Below are positions 40,001 through 53,085 of a DNA stretch of 64,000 nucleotides, piece after piece. Below the pieces are notes generated by a model that was not told the origin of the DNA, did no database searches, and saw only the letters and a program-made list of their open reading frames with translations. This DNA comes from Marsupella aquatica (Eukaryota; Plantae; Marchantiophyta), in contig OZ316891.1 of NCBI GenBank assembly GCA_973895155.1, forward strand, positions 26,963,972 to 27,027,971, written 5' to 3'. How positions within the stretch are numbered: position 1 is the first letter of the stretch; each line of letters opens with the position of its first letter. The position numbers and the translations under genes were made by a program.

Positions 40001-41330
40001 GATGACCATTTGAATCCAACACACCGAGTGAAATCAGATTCTTACGCATGCCAGGTACATACCTGACTCCGGACACTGTGCGCACAGCGCCATCAAACAT
40101 TTGAATCTTCACAGACCCAATTCCCTCAATTTGACAGGAGTGATCATTTCCCATCAGAATTGAACCGTTTGAAACAGAGTAAGAACTGAAAAACTCACGA
40201 ATGTAACAAATATGAAAAGAGCAAGCACAATCAAGAATCCACACATCATCTGCTCTCCTAGATGACGTGCACAGGGCATACCCCCGGCTTCATAAAACAT
40301 ACTCATCATTGAGTAAATCAGCTTCTCCATCAGCCCTAGCCACATTTGCCGATGAAGTTTCCGCTGCCTTTCCCTTATAGTCTCGCTTGAAGTGTCCAAC
40401 TTGGTTGCACTTCCAACATGTCACCTGCCTCCTCTGAGGGGATTTACCCTTGGACTTAGATCTGGATTTAGATCTAAACTGGGTTCTACGGTCCCCAGTT
40501 GGTCGCTGCATACTCCTCCCACGGTTAACATTGAGGGCAGCACCAGATGATGAAGGCTGTGACGTGATGTGCATCTTCTGCTGAAGATCATCACTAAGCA
40601 GAGAACTTACCACGTCATTGTATGAAATGGTATCCCTATCACAATGCAACAACACTCGTGATAGGGACTGGTAAGATGGAGGCAATGAACTAAGAAGCTG
40701 CAGAGCCTTCGTCTCATCATTCAAAGTCTCCCCAAGGTTTTCCAAGTCAACGACCATGTCGTTGAAAGCATCCACATGGTCTTGCAACTTCGTACCAGAT
40801 TCCTTCATCCTGAAACTCATCAGTTTGTAGGAAGTGTAGAGCCGGTTCGACAACTCCTTGCGGTGATATTTGCTCTGCAATTCCGCAAACAAGGACATGC
40901 AATCCTTATGTGCACCCAACTGCTTGATGATGGGAGGCATGAGATAGAGTGTAACACACCACACTCCCTGCTCCTGCATGCGGTCCCATTGTTTCTCATC
41001 AACATCGTCTTCACGAGGGCTCAGCAGTTGGCCCATCACTGACGCATAAAGCACTCCCTTCACCTGCTTCTCCCATAGCAAGTAGTCAGAGCGCCCATCA
41101 TACTTTGTCACTTCATACTTGGGTCCCCCAAGCTTGAAAGTCCCCATCTTCTTCTTTGGCACTACCGTGAGCTCCAGTAGTAGTACTGCTTCCTCCACCA
41201 CACGCCGCACCGGTGATGGTATCGGTGTCACGTGCTCTTCCTCCTGCTCCTCTCTCTGCCCGTGAAACCTCCACGGTGATCCTCGTGCTTCAAGTTCCAC
41301 GTCTTCGAAAAACTCCTCCGAATCACTCAT
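37070..41330 (-). pseudogene. Copia Gag-PR-INT-RT-RNase H polyprotein, disabled
   Basis: Gag knuckle CWKCNQVGHFKRDY (last Cys lost), protease WILDCACSFHI, LWHSRLGH/CEHC, integrase IHSDVWGP...RSDNGGEY...NGVAER, RT KARLVAKGF...LYVDDML, RNase H GYVDSD...STTEAEY. In-frame stops at 40290, 39972 and ~39911; frameshifts at ~37860 and ~37180. Confidence 0.95.
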
Positions 41331-42906
41331 ATGAGAAAATCACAAAAAATGTTGTTTTTCACAACTTCTCAAAAAACTCGAAACTCAACACCGCCGCGTA
41401 GCCCACAAAGCTAGGAGTCCAATACTGAAAACCGAAATCAAAATCGAAATTTGACGGAAAAGTTATTCAAATTTTGGTCGAGGTGGGTAAAACCTTGGGA
41501 AACTCCCCCGTTTTGACCACCTCAGGGAATAACCGAAATACCAAGTACAACCCATTGTCAGAATTGCGATGTGATTGGTGCGCTGCGTTGCCAACTTCAA
41601 TGGCTACGACCTCGCCGAAAAATAACCAAAAAAGTTACCGTTCGGCGAATGAAATCTTTGTCGGACGGTCAAAAAATAGCTCTCTGGTTTTTTGGAATAT
41701 TCTATGACCCTTGTACAGGCCCTGTGGGAATTTTGGAAGAACAATTGAGGGGCTGACATGTGTCCTCGAACCCCCAAAACCCCCCTACCACCCTTCGTCG
41801 TCGAAATCTGGTCGCGTGCGCAGAAAATACACACGGCAGAATGTACCCCTCGACACCAAACGCAAGATATCTCACTCAGGTTTTAACGAAATCAAGATCC
41901 GATTTCAGATTTGGAAACTAGACTCCGAGGCAATGAAGATCGATATAAGAAGCACCCAAAACGAGGAAAGAACGAGGGAGAAAAAAATTGGTAAAGATGA
42001 CAGATTTCTCTCAATTGCCATAGCCAATTTCGAATTAGATTTTCAAAGAGAAAAAAATGGTACCTTGTCAACAACGAATGTTGATCAATTGCACTTGGTG
42101 CCGTCACCAAGTCCAACAAGGTAATTGATTTTGCTTAGCCTTCCTCTTTGCATCAAAGAGCCAATCCTGGACTCAAAAACAATCGTCTTGCCTCAATCTC
42201 TCCGTTGAGTCAAAACACTTGACGCTTCTCCCTCCGAGTCGATTGCCAACTTTCTTCACAAAATCCAGAACGACGAAAACTTAGATCTCTCTGCACCACG
42301 AGCTCCGTTCAACAATTTCTTCACACCGTTAGAAAGCTCTTGCCCTGATCTATCCGTTGAGCCCATAAACTCCAAGTTCCATGCGATGGAACTCTGGAAA
42401 ATCCACCAACACTCAACGCTGGAAAAACCGTCATGAAATCCCGTCACGAACACACGTCACCTCCCAAGCATGCTCTGATACCAATTGTTGAGCATAGACG
42501 ACGATCGCAACGGCAAGCCCATGAACCATCCAACGCACAATAGTCGACACAAGAGATACGTGGTTCACCTCCTTGAGGCTACGTCCACGGGAACACACAA
42601 GAGAGCTTTACTGAACTCTAAGCCCGTCGGCTATACCGAGTCTCCACAGTGTAAGCTCTCCCTATCTCTCAAGTGGCTCCATAACAATGAGCCTTGGTTC
42701 TTCATCTCCAAGCACACATGCCTCTTATGATATAGTGTGCAACTTAGTTGTACCTAACCACATAGTTGTACCTAATCACGTAGTTGTACCTAACCACATA
42801 GTTGTACCTAATCACGTAGTTGTACCTAACCACGTAGTTGTACCAACCCACGTTGTTGTACCAACCACGTCATACCTAACCTAGACATAAGAGTAAATAC
42901 CCAACA

Positions 42907-44319
42907 CACCTCACTGATCCTAGGAAGACTGATAATGAAGAGGTGGAATCGGAGGAATGCATTAGGATTCTTAAAGACATTGCTCTTCGATCAAAAGGGG
43001 GATGGGAGAAAAAGCTATACACTACTGTGGAATGGAATCTGCCGGAGGCTGCCATGAACGTCAAGAAACTTTACAACTGTGCACTTCTTTGCTACTTTAC
43101 GGGCAAAACCCCGCTCCTATCTGTCTTTCGGGAGTGGGTCGAAGATGTGATGATGAGCCATGGGAATTGGCCGGTCCTGCAAGTCAAATATGTGGGAAAA
43201 AGTTTTTACATGATAGTCTTTGAACACCCAGACCATCGGGACCTGGCGCTGCAATTGGCCCCCTGGTTTATGGAACGCCGCTTTGTGTACACATTTGCGT
43301 GGGACCCATCATTTGACGTGAAAAGTGAGAGCTTCACTAAACTCCCAGTATGGATCGAAATTCCGTTCCGTGCCCTTACACTCGAAGGGTGCAGGCGCAA
43401 GATAGCTAGCTCGCTGGGACAACTGCTATACTATATTCAAGGAGACCAATTTAGCTCGTATCCCCACGATCGCGCCTGCATCTTATGGGACACAGATAAA
43501 GAAGTACCGGCCAGTGTGAAAGTAAGAATCCGTGAGGACATTGTAGTCTGGCAACCTATTACATTTCGCAACATCCCCTACCACTACTACAAATGTAATC
43601 AAAAGGGACACCTGGCGCAGAATTGCAGTGTGGAGATGAAGGCTACAGAAAGTGTGCTAGAAGATAATGAACAGCTTGATGAGAAGGATGACGAAAGGCA
43701 CTCAGAGGCGGATCCTGAGGAAGTAATTTGGGCTAGGGACAACGCGGCTGTGAGAGCGGCTTTTGGTGCTGCTGCGGTGCCCCACACTGAGGTGCCCTGC
43801 TCGGTGGAAGGTGAAATTGCGCAGGTTGAGATGGTTATGTGCCACCCCTTGCCTTTGGGGGAAAAGATTCTGTCTTATGAGATGATCCAACAAAGGAGCA
43901 AAGCTACACCAACCCCTCCTGCACCTAGAGAGCAGCACCGGACTGCTGTGATTCCACTACTGGAGGGATGTGGGAACCGGCTGGCCGAACTTGCCCCCCT
44001 TCCGCTTAGTACGAGCCTTTGTGTCCATTCTGGTCCCGGCCCTCCCCTGGTGGTGCGGGCACCTCAGAGTTGCTCCCCTGTGACACACCTGCGAGTTGGG
44101 ACTGCTAAACACGATGTTGTTATGAGTGAGATGGGAGAGGAAGGAACATTCTCATTTCATGATGACTCTGACGCGGAGATGTTTGAATACGAGGCATACA
44201 TTTCGAACAACAAACTAAAGGCTCGTGCTCGGAAACAGGAACTGCGTACACCTCCCACTGAGAAGAATGACAAAGCTAAAGGAATAGCTAAGAAACAACG
44301 ATCACTTAAATTCTTATGA
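42907..44319 (+). CDS. LINE ORF1 (DUF4283-like region plus degenerate zinc knuckle), C-terminal part
   Basis: APWFMERRFVYTFAWDPSF...LPVWIEIP...RACI...YYKCNQKGHLAQNC. In frame with 36058-36416 across the Copia TSD (EEEH|LTDPRK). Confidence 0.85.
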   Translation, partial: HLTDPRKTDNEEVESEECIRILKDIALRSKGGWEKKLYTTVEWNLPEAAMNVKKLYNCALLCYFTGKTPLLSVFREWVEDVMMSHGNWPVLQVKYVGKSFYMIVFEHPDHRDLALQLAPWFMERRFVYTFAWDPSFDVKSESFTKLPVWIEIPFRALTLEGCRRKIASSLGQLLYYIQGDQFSSYPHDRACILWDTDKEVPASVKVRIREDIVVWQPITFRNIPYHYYKCNQKGHLAQNCSVEMKATESVLEDNEQLDEKDDERHSEADPEEVIWARDNAAVRAAFGAAAVPHTEVPCSVEGEIAQVEMVMCHPLPLGEKILSYEMIQQRSKATPTPPAPREQHRTAVIPLLEGCGNRLAELAPLPLSTSLCVHSGPGPPLVVRAPQSCSPVTHLRVGTAKHDVVMSEMGEEGTFSFHDDSDAEMFEYEAYISNNKLKARARKQELRTPPTEKNDKAKGIAKKQRSLKFL

Positions 44320-44626
44320 GGCTTCATGTCTGATGCAGGAGGCACAAAAGGACTGTTGAGTGACTCCAGGGACAAAGCGACACTCACGCTGCTGATAGGG
44401 AATAAGGGTGATCATTCGCGTTTGACCCCCCTGCTCCCCTTATGATTTGTGGCGTTGTATCTGACTCCCAGATGGGGGTTGCTCCTTCTCTGACGGCAAG
44501 CAGATCGAGGAGCGCTGGGGTCAGCGGGCTGTCCCCGGGAGGATGCATCCGCCTTTAGACCATTGGGGGGGAGGGGGGCCTCTGAGGTGATATGCGACAT
44601 ATTCTATATCATCTTCATTACAAGGA

Positions 44627-46587
44627 ATGGTGGAGCTGTATAGAATTGCTTCATGGAATGTATGCGGACTTTGTGACACGAACAGGAAACACGTAGTCAA
44701 AAATTGGGTGCAATCTTTAAAATCACCTCTAGGAATTCTGGCACTTCAAGAGGTCAAGGCGGACCAATTTCGACTAGAAGTGGCGATGAGAGCGATTCTC
44801 CCTGATTACCAATGCTTCTCATCGGAGCCTGATGAAGGGAGAGGCGGCACAGCACTGCTCGTTCATCCTGCTCTGAAGGTTGTAGGATCGGGCACACTGG
44901 ACCTGGGCAGGGCTGTCTGGGTTATTGTAGAGGGGGAATCAGGGAGATTTGGGGTTGCTTGCATCTACGCTCCTAACTCACCTCGACTAAGGGCGTTGAT
45001 GTGGAACGATCTCAAGATGGGGCTACCACAGGAAAAGTGGATCATTTGCGGAGACTTCAATATGACAGAATGCCGAAGTGACTCTACTGGGGCTTCCCCT
45101 TTAATTTGTGGCAAAGAAGCAGAATTCTAGAGATTTCTAAAGATGCGATTTGACCTGGTGGATGTGTGGGATGTTAAAGGCGCAGCAGCGGGACCTATGT
45201 TTACGTGGAGGAGAACTCGGGACGGGGAGTGGATGCAGTCCCGGCTGGACAAATTCTATGTAAGTGAACAAGGATGGTGGATTGGAGAAATTAAGGAGCT
45301 TATCCATGATGGGGGATCTGCCTTGTCGGATCATGACCCTGTGATTTTGATAATGCGACTCTCTGAGAGGCCTCTGGAGGAAGGGAGAGGTCACTTCAGA
45401 TTTTTCATGGCTAACCCGGCTCTTCTGAGGAGAGTGGAGGACGTGCGGCTATTGGAGGCGGCTTGGATGCAGGATCGGGAAAGATTTGTGGACCCGCACA
45501 TCCGGTTTGCACGGGCTAGGAGCAGGCTAAGGAGGACCTACATTAAATTCCAAGCCAAGCCCAAAGAATCTGAGGAGGAGATGGCATTCTTAAGGGCGCG
45601 TTTGAGGACTCTTAAGACGTCTATTCTTGACTCACATTTGGAGAGCCATATGGTGGAATACATGGAAGCAGAAGACTCACTACATGCAGCAGAGATAGAA
45701 GAAGCTCATAGGGGTCGGCGTCTAGCGCGGGTTAAGTGGCTCGGGGAAGGAGATGAATCCACCAGATTCTTTTTCGCCACTGTGAAGGCAAAGCGCTCTA
45801 GGGAGACCATGTCCTCTCTGACAAAGAGTGACGGTAGCTCTATCACGGACCCCCAAAAAATTATAGAAGAAGTGGAAACCTTCTGTGCAACACTCTACTC
45901 GCCCCCAGACTATCCCAGGCTGAGAAAGCGGAGCAATTACTTGCCCGGGAGCGGCTTCTACGTCACACTCACTTTGCATTATCAGCCTTAGAAATTGAGA
46001 AGATGGATGCACTTCCAACTGCGCTGGAGGTGAAGGAGGTCTTATGGCTCCTCCCCAAGGACAAGTCCCCTAGACCAGATGGATTGACAGCAGAAGTGTA
46101 TAGGACGTGCTGGGAGTTCCTTGGCGAGGATCTTGTGGAGATGATCCAGGCCTTTTGGCTCATGGGAGAGCTTGACCCTGACATCTGCAATGGAATCATC
46201 AAGCTCATCCCTAAGAAACCTGAGAAGTGCTATATGAAAGACTGGCACCCACTCACAATGCTGAACACGGTCTATAAGGGGTTTAATTCTCTCCCGAATG
46301 ACGACTTGGTTGGGATTACTGCTCTTTGTGGGAGACTTGGCTTGAGATCAATCGGGGATGGCTGGTCTAGAGAGGACGATGGTTGGAGAGACCTGCCACT
46401 AAGATGGCAGACAATGAGAGGTTTCACATCTGAGCACAGGAGACTGGCTCTTGAATTCTTAGAGCTCCTTTGGAGCTCAAGTGCTTGCAGGTTTGACTGC
46501 TTCCTCTATGCCAAACAGTGGCGGTGGGTAGACAAGCCTGAGAATTTGAAGGACTTCAAGATTGCTAATTGCCGCGTCTACCAATTT
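44627..46587 (+). pseudogene. LINE ORF2: APE endonuclease and start of RT, followed by an internal deletion
   Basis: IASWNVCGL, LALQEVK, IYAPN, ICGDFN, SRLDKFY, LSDHDPV, EGDESTRFFF, KSPRPDG, WHPLTMLNTVYK, then a jump to the post-RT sequence GFNSLP. Stop at 45130 and a frameshift near 45915. Confidence 0.9.
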
Positions 46588-49500
46588 ATTTATTTATTTA
46601 TTTTATTTTTTTAATTAAAATTTTGATTTTATTCCGCATGAACCCCACGGATAGGGGGGACCAGCAGGCCAAACGGCAGCAGAAGCCACAAAGGGCAAAA
46701 GAGTGATAGGAGTCCAAGATAGTCAAGGACATCAGATCTCACAGATGTTGAATACTAGTATGAATCAAGTTTTCACTGTCACTCAGACAGTTGTATCTAA
46801 TCAACTCAAGAGTAAAGCAGAATCAAAATAGTGCCAGTGCAAGGGGACGAATGTCTTGTCAGGAGTATGGTCCTAAGGCTCATCAGTCAACCAAGCCTGC
46901 AAGGGTAAAAAGAGTGGGGGAAGTCAAGCAACTCGGAATGCCGTAATAAGATCAAGGGCAGGCATAAGAGCGAAAATTCCTAATCCTAAAGATATAAAGT
47001 AGGCCTATGATCAAGGACACAAAGGAAGCTAAGTAAACCATTAACTAAGAGCTTCTGTGGCCTAAAAAGGATCAAAGTGCCGGGTGTCCTCCTGCAGCAC
47101 CGCCATCCAGGATGGATTCAATCCTCCTAACCCCACTCCTGAGAATTCGGATGCGTTCTGTCTCTATCAGTCCCTTAGCACCTGAGAGGCGTCGATGTTT
47201 GCGGCTTAACAAAGAAGTAGACAGCACCGAAGTGGATGTGGTAACCGCATTCAAGTGGTCCAAAATCTCATAGATCACCAGCAATTGATCAAAGATTCTG
47301 TGTCGAGTTTTGTCAAAGGTTTGAGCATTACGGGCTAGCCAAATGCACCACAGGATCTGGTAAACCGTGTAAATCCGAAGAGAGTGAATAGGCAGTTTCC
47401 CTGCAGCGGAAAAAATTAGAGTGAATAAACTTGGTGATCCATCGCAGAGTGCACCCTCCATCCATCCGTGGACCTCCAGCCAACAGCAACAAGCATGACG
47501 GCATGAAAAGAAAATGTGAGGAATAGTTTCAATCGTCCCAGCACATAAGCCACAGCAGCCATCCGACTTGCCAATCCGTAGAGCACGGGAGCCAGAGAAC
47601 AAGCCTTGCGCAATAATCCGCCCAAGAAAGACCTTAGCACGGGTAGAGAGGTCAGAAGCCCACACAGTGTTCCACACTCTATTCCAATCCTCCTCCGGTA
47701 AATTTTCCCCCCAGATCCGGTTCAGCTGGGCGGAGTTAGTGCCTTTTAGGCGAAGCAACTCATAAGCACGTGCATTCGTTAAGTCAAAACGATTCATTCT
47801 CTCCTCCCGATCCAACCAGCGCCACATGCAGGTACGAGAAGCAGTAGCAGAAGCATCTCCCTCACAGGGAGAGCCACGGATCACACCAGCAAGAGAGAGG
47901 CATAAAGTCCTGTTGGGAAGCGTAAGGCCTCTCAGACGAGGTAGACGTAATTCAACATTTTTCCAAGTGCTATCAATTGTAGACCAAAAGTCCTGAATTC
48001 TCCTGATACCCAGAGAACCAAACGTTCTTGTTAGCAGCACAATATCAATCTCCGGTAAATTGTAGAATCCTTGTAGACAGCGGATAGTATCCTCAAATCC
48101 CCAGTGGCCAGGGATATGATCAGCCTCAGTAGGACAGAAAATCAAATTTGATCTCATTCTCTCCCAGGCACTCCACAACTGATTCGTATACGTAAGTCTC
48201 CCAAAGCTACGGGGGGTACAGAGTAGCAACTTGTCAGCCATAGAGTAAGAGCTTCGACGTATAGCCTTGTAGTTCCGCCATTTGGTAAGTCGAAGGTTTT
48301 CCGCGAACATGCAAGCCCATTCAGATTCAGGATGGTCCAAAGCGCCAGTAAACCACTTACACAGAAGGGCATCAGAGTGACTCTTGAAGTCCTTTAGGCC
48401 AAGTCCACCGTCAGATTTGGGTCGAGTCATCTTATCCCAAGCCACAAGTGGGATGCGTCTTCCACCCAGCGGGTTCGAACCCCACAGAAAAATTCTGTTT
48501 AAAGCAATCAGCTTTTTAGTCAAAGCAGCGGGAGAGAGTAGGAACATCATGTGATAGACCGGGATGGCCTGAAGCACATGCTTGATTAACAGTAGACGAC
48601 CTGTGAAGGAAAGAAAGCGAGTGGACCAGGATGCAAGACGTGCACTAATCCGGTCTAAGCAAAAGCAATGTAGTTGCTTCTCAGAAAGATTGGATCCAAA
48701 AGGTCCACCCAAATATCTGTGCACAGTGCCAGCAGGGCTGATTGTACAGCCAGTGTCCTGTAGCCAGCCAGGGATCTCTTCAAGTGCCAGGGGGATGATG
48801 GTTGATTTAGCCAGGTTGAGTTTAGCACCCGTAGCACACTCATAGCAGGTAATAGTGTTTCTGGCTTGCTCAAAAGCTATCACATCAGCAGGGATAAAGA
48901 GGCCCAGATCGTCAGCAAACAACCTAAAACAGAGGGTGAGGAAGGGGAGATTTTGAGTCCCTGCAAACGACCAGCAACAATCTCCGCCTGGCAGAAATCC
49001 ATTAGGGGCTGAGTAGAGATAGCAAATAGAAGTGGGGAGAGGGGGCACCCCTGCCGGACTCCTCTGCACATGTGAATATCAGCAGACCAAAGACCATTGA
49101 CAAGAACTTTAGAGCAAGAGTTGCTTAAGAGGGACCGTACCAAGAGAATGAAATGTGAACTAAGACCTAGAAGGTTCATAGTCTCCCAGATGTAGAGATG
49201 GTCAACCCTATCAAAAGCTTTCTCAAAGTCAAGTTGCAAAAAGAGGGATGGGGTCTGCGTATATTCAATCCAGTCGCTTGCCAACCAAGTAAGCGAGATA
49301 TTCTCCAAAATGTGTCGACCGGGAATGAAACCGGTCTGCTGTGGACTAATCATACGGGGCAGCAGCACCATCAGTCGTCGAGCAAGTAGCTTAGCCAAAA
49401 TCTTGTAGGTAATGGTAAGCATCGTCAGCGGCCTCCAGTCGCTCAGGCGCCGCTTGTCAGTCTTTTTGGGGATAAAGCGGATCACTCCATCCTTGATGCC

Positions 49501-49836
49501 ATAAGAAATATGACCAGTCCTCCAAAAGGCACAGATCATATCATAGAAATCAGCTTTCACAAAATCCCAAGAGGCCCTCAAGACCTCGGCAGTCATACCA
49601 TCCACTCCAGGCGCCTTGTCATTGGGTAGCATGAGCAGAGTATCATGTACCTCCTGTAAGGTAGGTAACATATCTAGACTTCTGTTCTCAGTGGCAGACG
49701 GGGAGAAATGAGTGTGTTCGCAAAACCTCCGACGAGCAGATCTCATCTCCATAAGTTCCACAGCACTTTGTTCAGGTGGAGAGTACAGTGATTCACAGAA
49801 TGTCTGAACCTCCTTGATAATCATATTTTCATCCCT
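46588..49836 (-). mobile_element. 5'-truncated L1-type LINE inserted antisense in the host LINE; RT and zinc finger with one frameshift
   Basis: (TTTA)n/poly-T tail at ~46584-46612. ORFs 48880-49896 (KAPGVDG, WRPLTML, LDFEKAFDRV, GVRQGCPLSP) and 47072-49069 (FADD, YLG, GGLG, CGLCAGTIETIPHIFFSC). Likely short TSD AATTT. Confidence 0.93.
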
Positions 49837-49841
49837 AATTT

Positions 49842-50474
49842 TTGAGGCCACAAATCTCAGTTTTCTCTCGGTGGAACCACATTTGGTCTGTGGCACGCTC
49901 TGAGAGCGACTGGGGCTCTGTCTGGTCTCAGCTTTGGAGTTCTGACTTGCCGGCTAGAGGCAAGACGTTTATCTGGTGCATTATTGTAGGTGGCCTTTTT
50001 ACTGGTGCGCGGGCACTACATTTGGAGATGAGCAACGGGGACTGTAAGCTCTGCTGTGGCACGGTGGAGACCATCCCTCACCTATTCATCTTCTACGTCC
50101 ATGCTGATTGCTGTTGGCGGTTATGTCAATCATTCCTGTGTGTACTCTGTTTGCCGTTTGGGCAAGGTTTGCTGCCTTTGCTAGATGCTGCTTTCAGGAA
50201 AGACCCTGCCCATGTTGCAAAGCTTTTTATCTTGTATCAGATCTTATGGTCTATTTGGCTTGGCCGGAACACGCACATGTTCCAGGCTGGTGGCAGTAGA
50301 GTCTTTGACTTGGGCCTGGTTCTCTCGGAGACGGCTGATAACCTTGATGCGGCTAGCCGGGGGCTTCCTCCGGGCTGGAAAGGTACCCGCATCCTTAGAG
50401 CCAAAACATGGATTGATGCCCTTCGTAGGAACTGGATACGACACGGCTGCGGCCGTATCACATCTGGCTTATGA
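49842..50474 (+). pseudogene. C-terminal zinc-finger part of the host LINE ORF2
   Basis: WSQLWSSDLPARGKTFIW...CKLCCGTVETIPHLF...YQILWSIWLGRN; continues RVYQF from 46587. Confidence 0.9.
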
Positions 50475-51072
50475 GCTGCTTGCCGTAGGGGCTGCTTTCA
50501 GTGCTTCTCTTATTGTATTGGGCCTTTTCACACTCTTGCTTTGGCCCCCATGTGCTTGTTTTCACATTGTTGCTTTGGTCCCCTTGTTGATTGGGGTCCT
50601 GGTTTGTGGCCTGTTTGGCTGTCTGTTTGCCCTGGTCATGGGGCTTTTCGCGGCCGCCATTATCTTTATAAAAAATCAAGGAAGAAGCAACAAATGTGTG
50701 GTAGAGTGGTTAGATTGTTAAATGATAATTTAATGACTTGAATTTGTTCCCGTGAGAGTGCTTCTCCAAAGAATTGATGTCAATCAACAAACAAAGTTAC
50801 TGATTAAAGAAATGTAGGGAAAATGGACTAGTAAGAATATCCTTTCAATTGGTCAATGGGGTAAGTTGAGGTAGATTGACAATCCCCAACAGATCAATAG
50901 GACCCTGGCTTTTTAAGATTCAGAATACAACAGAGCTTAAACCATAGCCAAATTCAGAATGAACATTCTACATTAATTAGAAATTGGAATGAATATCATG
51001 AATAGGTAGCAATCCAGGAAATTCTTTCAGGTCAATAAAGTATGATAGTTGTCACACCATTCTAGATGCTAT

Positions 51073-52834
51073 TGTAGTATATAGTGCTAGTTGAGTATGT
51101 ATGTTTTGTATGTGTGCTATTGGAGTTGATAGGGTTTGATTAGGTTTGTGTGGGAGAGTAGTTCTCCCTTGTGAGGCATCAAAAGGTCATCTTTTGATGT
51201 TGAGCCTTGGAGAGAGAGGAGCTCGAGTGTGGCTATGGTGGTTGTGAGCTCCGCTTGTGTAACGTGGAATCCTTGAGTAGTGCAAGGTGCGTTGGCTTGA
51301 CATACGTGTGTGATCGGATTGGTGCGGATCGATGGGGTATTGTTGACCGGAATTGTTGTGTTGATTTCTGAGAAGATTACATCGAAAGATCTAAGCTTCA
51401 AACTTTGTTGTGCGGATTGTGCAAACATAAGTTCATTCAAGATTTGATTGACGGTTTGTGGTACCTCGGATCGTGTTGTGTTGCTTGATTGGATCGTTGG
51501 TAGCTCGATCGTTTGAGAAAATCTGAAGTGGGGATCCAAGGTCTGATCTTCATTTTTGTTCAAACATTCTACTGCCGTGTTGTGACCGGTTTTTGGACAT
51601 AGCATGTTGGCAATTTGAAGGAGGCGTCGGTGGTGCGGATCAAAGTTGGCGAGAGGTGCTTGGGCTTCTGATCAGCGTTGTGCACTCAATTTGCTGTTTT
51701 ACGAAGAGACTGAGTCTTGATGTTGCAAAGTTGAGTCAATTAAGGTACTGCATGTTTGACTGTGCATTTTTTGTGACAAAACAGAGGTGAAAATATTGCG
51801 GGATTGACACGATTGTGCTATGCTGACAAACTGTATGTTGCAAAGTCTGATTGCCTCAGGTGTTCTTGTGAAGAAAGTGACTGTCGATAGTCGTGTATGT
51901 TGCCAAATTTGAGGCGTGGTCCATTGCGGAAGGGTTTGGCTAGGCGCTACGGTTAGGGTGGACAGTGTTGTACTACATTTTTGTGAGGGAAATTGGGACT
52001 CAAATGTTGTGAGATTGAACCGTTGTTGTTTTTGACCGACTGTACGCTGCCGTAGCCAATGTGCAATTTTGTGTGAAGAAAGCGGAGAAGTTGAGTTTGA
52101 ATGTTGCAAAATCTGAACCTAGTTTTGGCATAGCAAAGCGTTGCGAACGTGAAGGGCTCACTCTTTGGCTCATCTCGGTGTTTCGAGGCTTCAAGGCAAC
52201 TAATGGTAACTCGGGATGAGGGGCGGAGCACGAGTGGGCGGGCCAGCAAGCTGGTATGTGAAGAATAGTTTGCAAGGTGGTGAATTTGAAGCAGCCGATT
52301 TGGTGCATAACACAAGTGAGAGGTCACTTTCCCACACGCTGAACTATGTGGTTCTTATGAGCTTGTGTGTACACACACTCCTTTCTACATTGTTGTTAAA
52401 GAAATGAATACTTAGGAATTTTATACACATTCTCATTTGTTTATAGTGTCATTCTGGGTCAAATCATAAGGTCTTTCAAGGTTTTTGATGCTTCTAAATC
52501 TATCTAGATGCATGGATTGAATCAATTTTGCATGGGTTCTTAGCAATGACATTGAACATTGAGAGGCCTATTATGAAGGCCATATATTGAACATTATGAA
52601 CATTGTTTGATCGATGTGTGATCACTCTTGGTGTGGGGAGTTATTGTTTATCTCTTTTTGTTGATTGGATCCTCTCCACACATGTTTCCTGTTTATGCAC
52701 CATGTTAGTTTGGTGTGGGCGCTTGATTCCATAGGAGTGATTTGAGTTTGCAACTAGACATTCTAGTTGTGCTGCATATTTCTCTTCTGGCAATGTTGGA
52801 GTGATGTCCAACACATCATGGTGAGTGCTTGTGG
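51073..52834 (+). mobile_element. Candidate 5' LTR and PBS of the methyltransferase-bearing retroelement
   Basis: GT-rich non-coding stretch ending ACATCA (52818) and immediately followed by TGGTGAGTGCTTGTGG, about 270 bp upstream of Gag. The left boundary is a guess (TG at 51073 or 51195) and no second LTR is in the window. Confidence 0.4.
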
Positions 52835-53085
52835 TGCTGGCAAGGACAGATTGCCCTTAGGGTTAGCACATAGATTAGGTTAGATTGGTCATCACAAATT
52901 CTTTTGGTGCTGTTGGGCTACCCGATGGACAACGGACCGGTTTCACTCAAAGTGGGGTGCAATTTTGGCCAGCAGTATTGGTAGCAGGCAGCAGTGCTGC
53001 TTCACACAGTGATCCAGACAAAGATTTGGTTACCAATTCTCCTCATCACCAGGTGGTTGCACCATTGCTGTGGGATATGGAGGAG

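Larger units (their letters stand above)
36417..42906 (-). mobile_element. Full-length Ty1/Copia LTR retrotransposon
   Basis: 421-bp LTRs at 36417-36837 and 42486-42906 (TG...CA, two substitutions seen). iMet PBS TGGTATCAGAGC next to the right LTR (minus), PPT AAGGGGAAGAT next to the left LTR, TSD CACTT/CACCT. Confidence 0.98.
36058..50675 (+). mobile_element. L1-type LINE (ORF1 + ORF2), split by a Copia element and an antisense LINE, with the RT core deleted
   Basis: ORF1 36058-36416 joins 42907-44319 in frame. ORF2 44627-46587 joins 49842-50474. The 3' UTR ends in a short A tail near 50670-50675. The 5' UTR limit is unknown. Confidence 0.88.

Noticed and set aside
40244-40292. Programmed stop-codon readthrough between Copia gag and protease
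   Set aside because: The TGA is in frame with pol, but there is no CARYYA context and two further in-frame stops follow. CGA-to-TGA decay is simpler. It would be revived if all copies share the stop.
41474-42453. Short ORFs in the Copia 5' leader
   Set aside because: They lie in the untranslated leader between PBS and gag, mostly antisense, with no motifs.
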